From positions 45,324,001 to 45,388,000 of the forward strand of contig CM059432.1 in the NCBI GenBank assembly GCA_030390025.1: a stretch of DNA of 64,000 nucleotides. Reading direction: 5' to 3'. Shown piece by piece: positions 61,300 to 64,000 of this stretch (position 1 is the stretch's first letter; every line of letters starts with the position of its first letter). The notes under the pieces are model-generated. The model had not been told where the DNA came from, did no database searches, and saw only the letters and a program-made list of their open reading frames with translations. Origin of the DNA: Squalus acanthias. Lineage: Eukaryota. Made by a program: the position numbers and the translations under genes.

Positions 61300-62482
61300 T
61301 TACATTGAGTTACATCGAGTCAACAGCACAGAAACAGGCCATTTGGCCCAACTGGTCTTTGCTGGTGTTTATGCTCTACACGAGCCTCCTCCCACCCTCT
61401 TCATCTAACCCTATCAGCATACCCTTCTATTCCATTCTCCCTGATGTGCTTAACTAGCTTTCCCTTAAATGCATCTATGCTATTTGCCTCAACTACTTGT
61501 GGTAGCGTGTTCCACATTCTTACCACTTTTTGGGTAAAGAAGTTTCTCCTGAATTCCCTATTGGATTTATTAGTGACTGTCTTATATTTATGACCTATAG
61601 TTTTGGACAAGTGGAAACAGTTTCTCCATGGCTACCCTATCAAACCCTTTCATTACCTTAAATAATTCTATCAAGTCACCCCTCAGCCTTCTCTTTTCTC
61701 GAGAAAAGAGCCCCAGCCTGTTCAGCCTTTCCTGATAAGGATATCCTCTCAGTTTTGGCATCATTCTTGTGAATCTTTTTTTCACCTTCTCTAATGCCTC
61801 TGTATCCTTTTTATAATATGTAGACCACAACTGTTCACAGTACTCCAAGTGTGGTCTAACCAAGGTTCTATATAAGTTTAACATAACTTCTCTGCTTTTC
61901 AATTATATCCCTCTAGAAATGAACCCGTGCTTGATTTGCTTTTTTCATGGTCTTATTAACCTGTGTCGCTACTTTTAATGATTTGTGCATCTGTACCCCC
62001 AGATCCCTTTGCTCCTCTACCCCATTTAGACTATTATCCAAGCAGTATGTGGCTTCTTTATTCTTCCTACCAAAATGCACCATCTCACACTTATCTATAT
62101 CAAAAATCATTTGCCAATTACATGCCCATTCTGTAAGTTTATTAATCTCTTGTATTTTGTCACATTCTTCCTTTGTACTAACTACACCCCCAAATTGGTG
62201 TCTTCCACAAATTTTGAAATTGTACTTCTGATTCCCAAGTCTAATTCGTTAATGTAAATTGTGAACAACAGTGGTCTAAGCACCGATCCCTATGGAACAC
62301 CACTTCCCACCTTTTGCCAGTCTGAGTAGCTACCCTTAACCCCTACTCGCTGTTTTGTTTTGTAGCCAGCTTGCTGTCCATTTTGCTACCTGTCCCTTGA
62401 CTCCCCTGACCTTAGTCATGGGTCTACTATGCGGTACCTTATCGAAGGCCTTTTGAAATTCCAAATATATTATATCTACTGT
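61300..62482 (-). mobile_element. CR1 LINE 3' part inside the hAT element
   Basis: LVRPHLEYC, RRLRGDLIE and FFTQKVV fragments. Confidence 0.88.
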
Positions 62483-62585
62483 TATGTTCAAGTTTATTCA
62501 GTTGTATAGTACTGGTACTGTGCTATTTATGTTGCTTTCTGTCTTAAGCAATATGTTATGTTAGCGGAGAAAATAAAATTCTGTG

Positions 62586-62757
62586 TGGGGGTGAAACTGG
62601 TCTTCGTCAGTAGGGGCTGATACCAAATCGGCAGCCCATTTTACACTGCACTCGACCATTAACTTCAATGGAAAAGAAAATCATGTGCGGTGAACAACGG
62701 AATGCCGATTCAGCATCGACAGTTTTGCACTACTGGTGAAATCTAATTTCACCCCCA
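62586..62757. mobile_element. Small palindromic MITE
   Basis: TIRs TGGGGGTGAAA / TTTCACCCCCA. Confidence 0.6.
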
Positions 62758-64000
62758 CTGTTTCTCAAAAAGAGTGGAGGCCCGCATGGAGTGTGAATCT
62801 CTAAGGGGGGGCTCAGAAAAAGAAAGTTTGGGAACCTCTGGTCTAGAGCATGTACCACCTCACCAAAAAAGTTCAGTGCATATCAGAAAAACACTGGCAA
62901 AGAGGATATCTATGTTCTCAACCATAAAACGGCCTTTACAAGTTCTTTGCTCCATTTTCACTAAGATTTGCAGACTGCACAGCTGGATGTACAAATTATT
63001 CGTGATTAGTACCACTGAACTGACAGTTGAAGTGCTGGAGAAGTGTGAGAAGAGCATTATCACAGGTGTGTTCTGTTGCTCACTATTCTGATGACATATT
63101 TAGAGTTAATATAAACCAAATTACTCAGACTCACCAGGGATAGACACAGTTGCCAAAAGCATTCCTCAGGTTTGTAAGGTCCTTACGTGAGCAGCAAACA
63201 ACTTTATTTTTTGTTTGTTTTGTGATCTAATATAGAATTCATATCTTAATGATGACAGATATTAAATACAAAATAGGGGGCAATCCACTGTACATCACTT
63301 TATAGGGTAAATTTTGGTCAGGCTCCACGCCACAAAGTTTACCCTTACTTGATTTCTGGGACAAATTTTCTAATCCGTATTAAAGCATTACCTGTGGTGT
63401 GACCTGTCGACCTACTTACTGCCATTTAAAAATGTTACTATTACACATCGGGCAATACTATGCTACTCTGTCCTGTATGTGACCTAATCTGGAATAGAAA
63501 TTGCTATTTTTTTTGTGAACTTTGCATTCTTGAAAGTAAGATTCCAGAGCAAGAACTAGCACAGATAGTTTGTAGGGTAAAATTCACTTTAAACTTCTCT
63601 TACAGTCTACAAGAAAGTCCAATCTCAGAAGACTGTGCACTCACATCTCCTCTAATGGCTTCTTCTTTCTCCAATTATCTATATATACGACTCCTTGATG
63701 ACATCATCTGCAAGCATGATGTCAGTTTTCACATGTATGCCGAGTATACCCAACTCAACTTATCTGCCACCCCCAAAGCTGTTGACGTTCTATCTGATTG
63801 CCTGTTCCAGTAGGATGAACCACGTTCCCTCCACCTCATTGTTGGCTGCGATTAGAGTATACAAGTCCGGTAGGGGAGCTAGTACCAGTATAGGCATGAT
63901 GACCTACCTCTGTACCCAAATTTCTGAGATTCTTTTGTAGGCAAATTGTTGCAAAATATCATTCACTATTTTTAGGGAAATAGTCATTACAAATCAGAAG

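Larger units (their letters stand above)
59637..62840 (+). mobile_element. hAT (Charlie/Buster-type) DNA transposon, internally deleted, interrupted by CR1 and a MITE
   Basis: TIRs CAGAGGTTTCCAAACT / AGTTTGGGAACCTCTG. Perfect 8-bp TSD GTCTAGAG (59629-59636 and 62841-62848). Transposase remnants NSMKPSK, YLADIFDRLNELNLSLQG, FW...EFPAL and YLCEMGFS. Confidence 0.93.

Noticed and set aside
63304..63345. 42-bp hairpin AGGGTAAATTTT...AAAGTTTACCCT as a structured RNA
   Set aside because: More simply explained as the collapsed termini of a MITE.
53788..64000. calb1 exon 7 (expected LR.FD.N.DGKL-like)
   Set aside because: No such coding segment with splice sites was found. It presumably lies beyond the window.

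Overview
This window is vertebrate genomic DNA, almost certainly cartilaginous fish (shark), judged from its repeat content: HE1/V-SINE, SacSINE1-like DeuSINE, abundant CR1 and L2 LINEs, Penelope elements with hammerhead ribozymes, and Harbinger derivatives. The only host gene I can support is calbindin 1 (calb1) on the + strand. Its coding exons 1-6 lie at 30519-53787 with GT-AG introns, and the remaining exons are presumably downstream of the window. Nearly all ORFs in the supplied track are transposon fragments or spurious. Most notable observations: (1) a small Gypsy LTR element (4159-6059) with no tRNA primer site but a perfect 12-nt complement to its own LTR (Tf1-like self-priming signature) and an in-frame Gag-integrase fusion, at the core of a four-level transposon nest; (2) a Penelope element with inverted pLTRs and two hammerhead ribozymes; (3) a repeated non-autonomous Harbinger family that keeps the Myb/SANT exon but has lost the transposase core; (4) a solo LTR flanked by a ~250-bp duplication instead of a short TSD; (5) a degenerate ~43-bp tandem array abutting the calb1 promoter and a CArG+CRE cluster 5 kb upstream; (6) a calbindin whose EF1 loop looks degenerate while EF2 looks near-canonical, the reverse of mammalian calbindin-D28k. 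All family names come from recognition by eye, not database searches. TE boundaries without TSDs are approximate.
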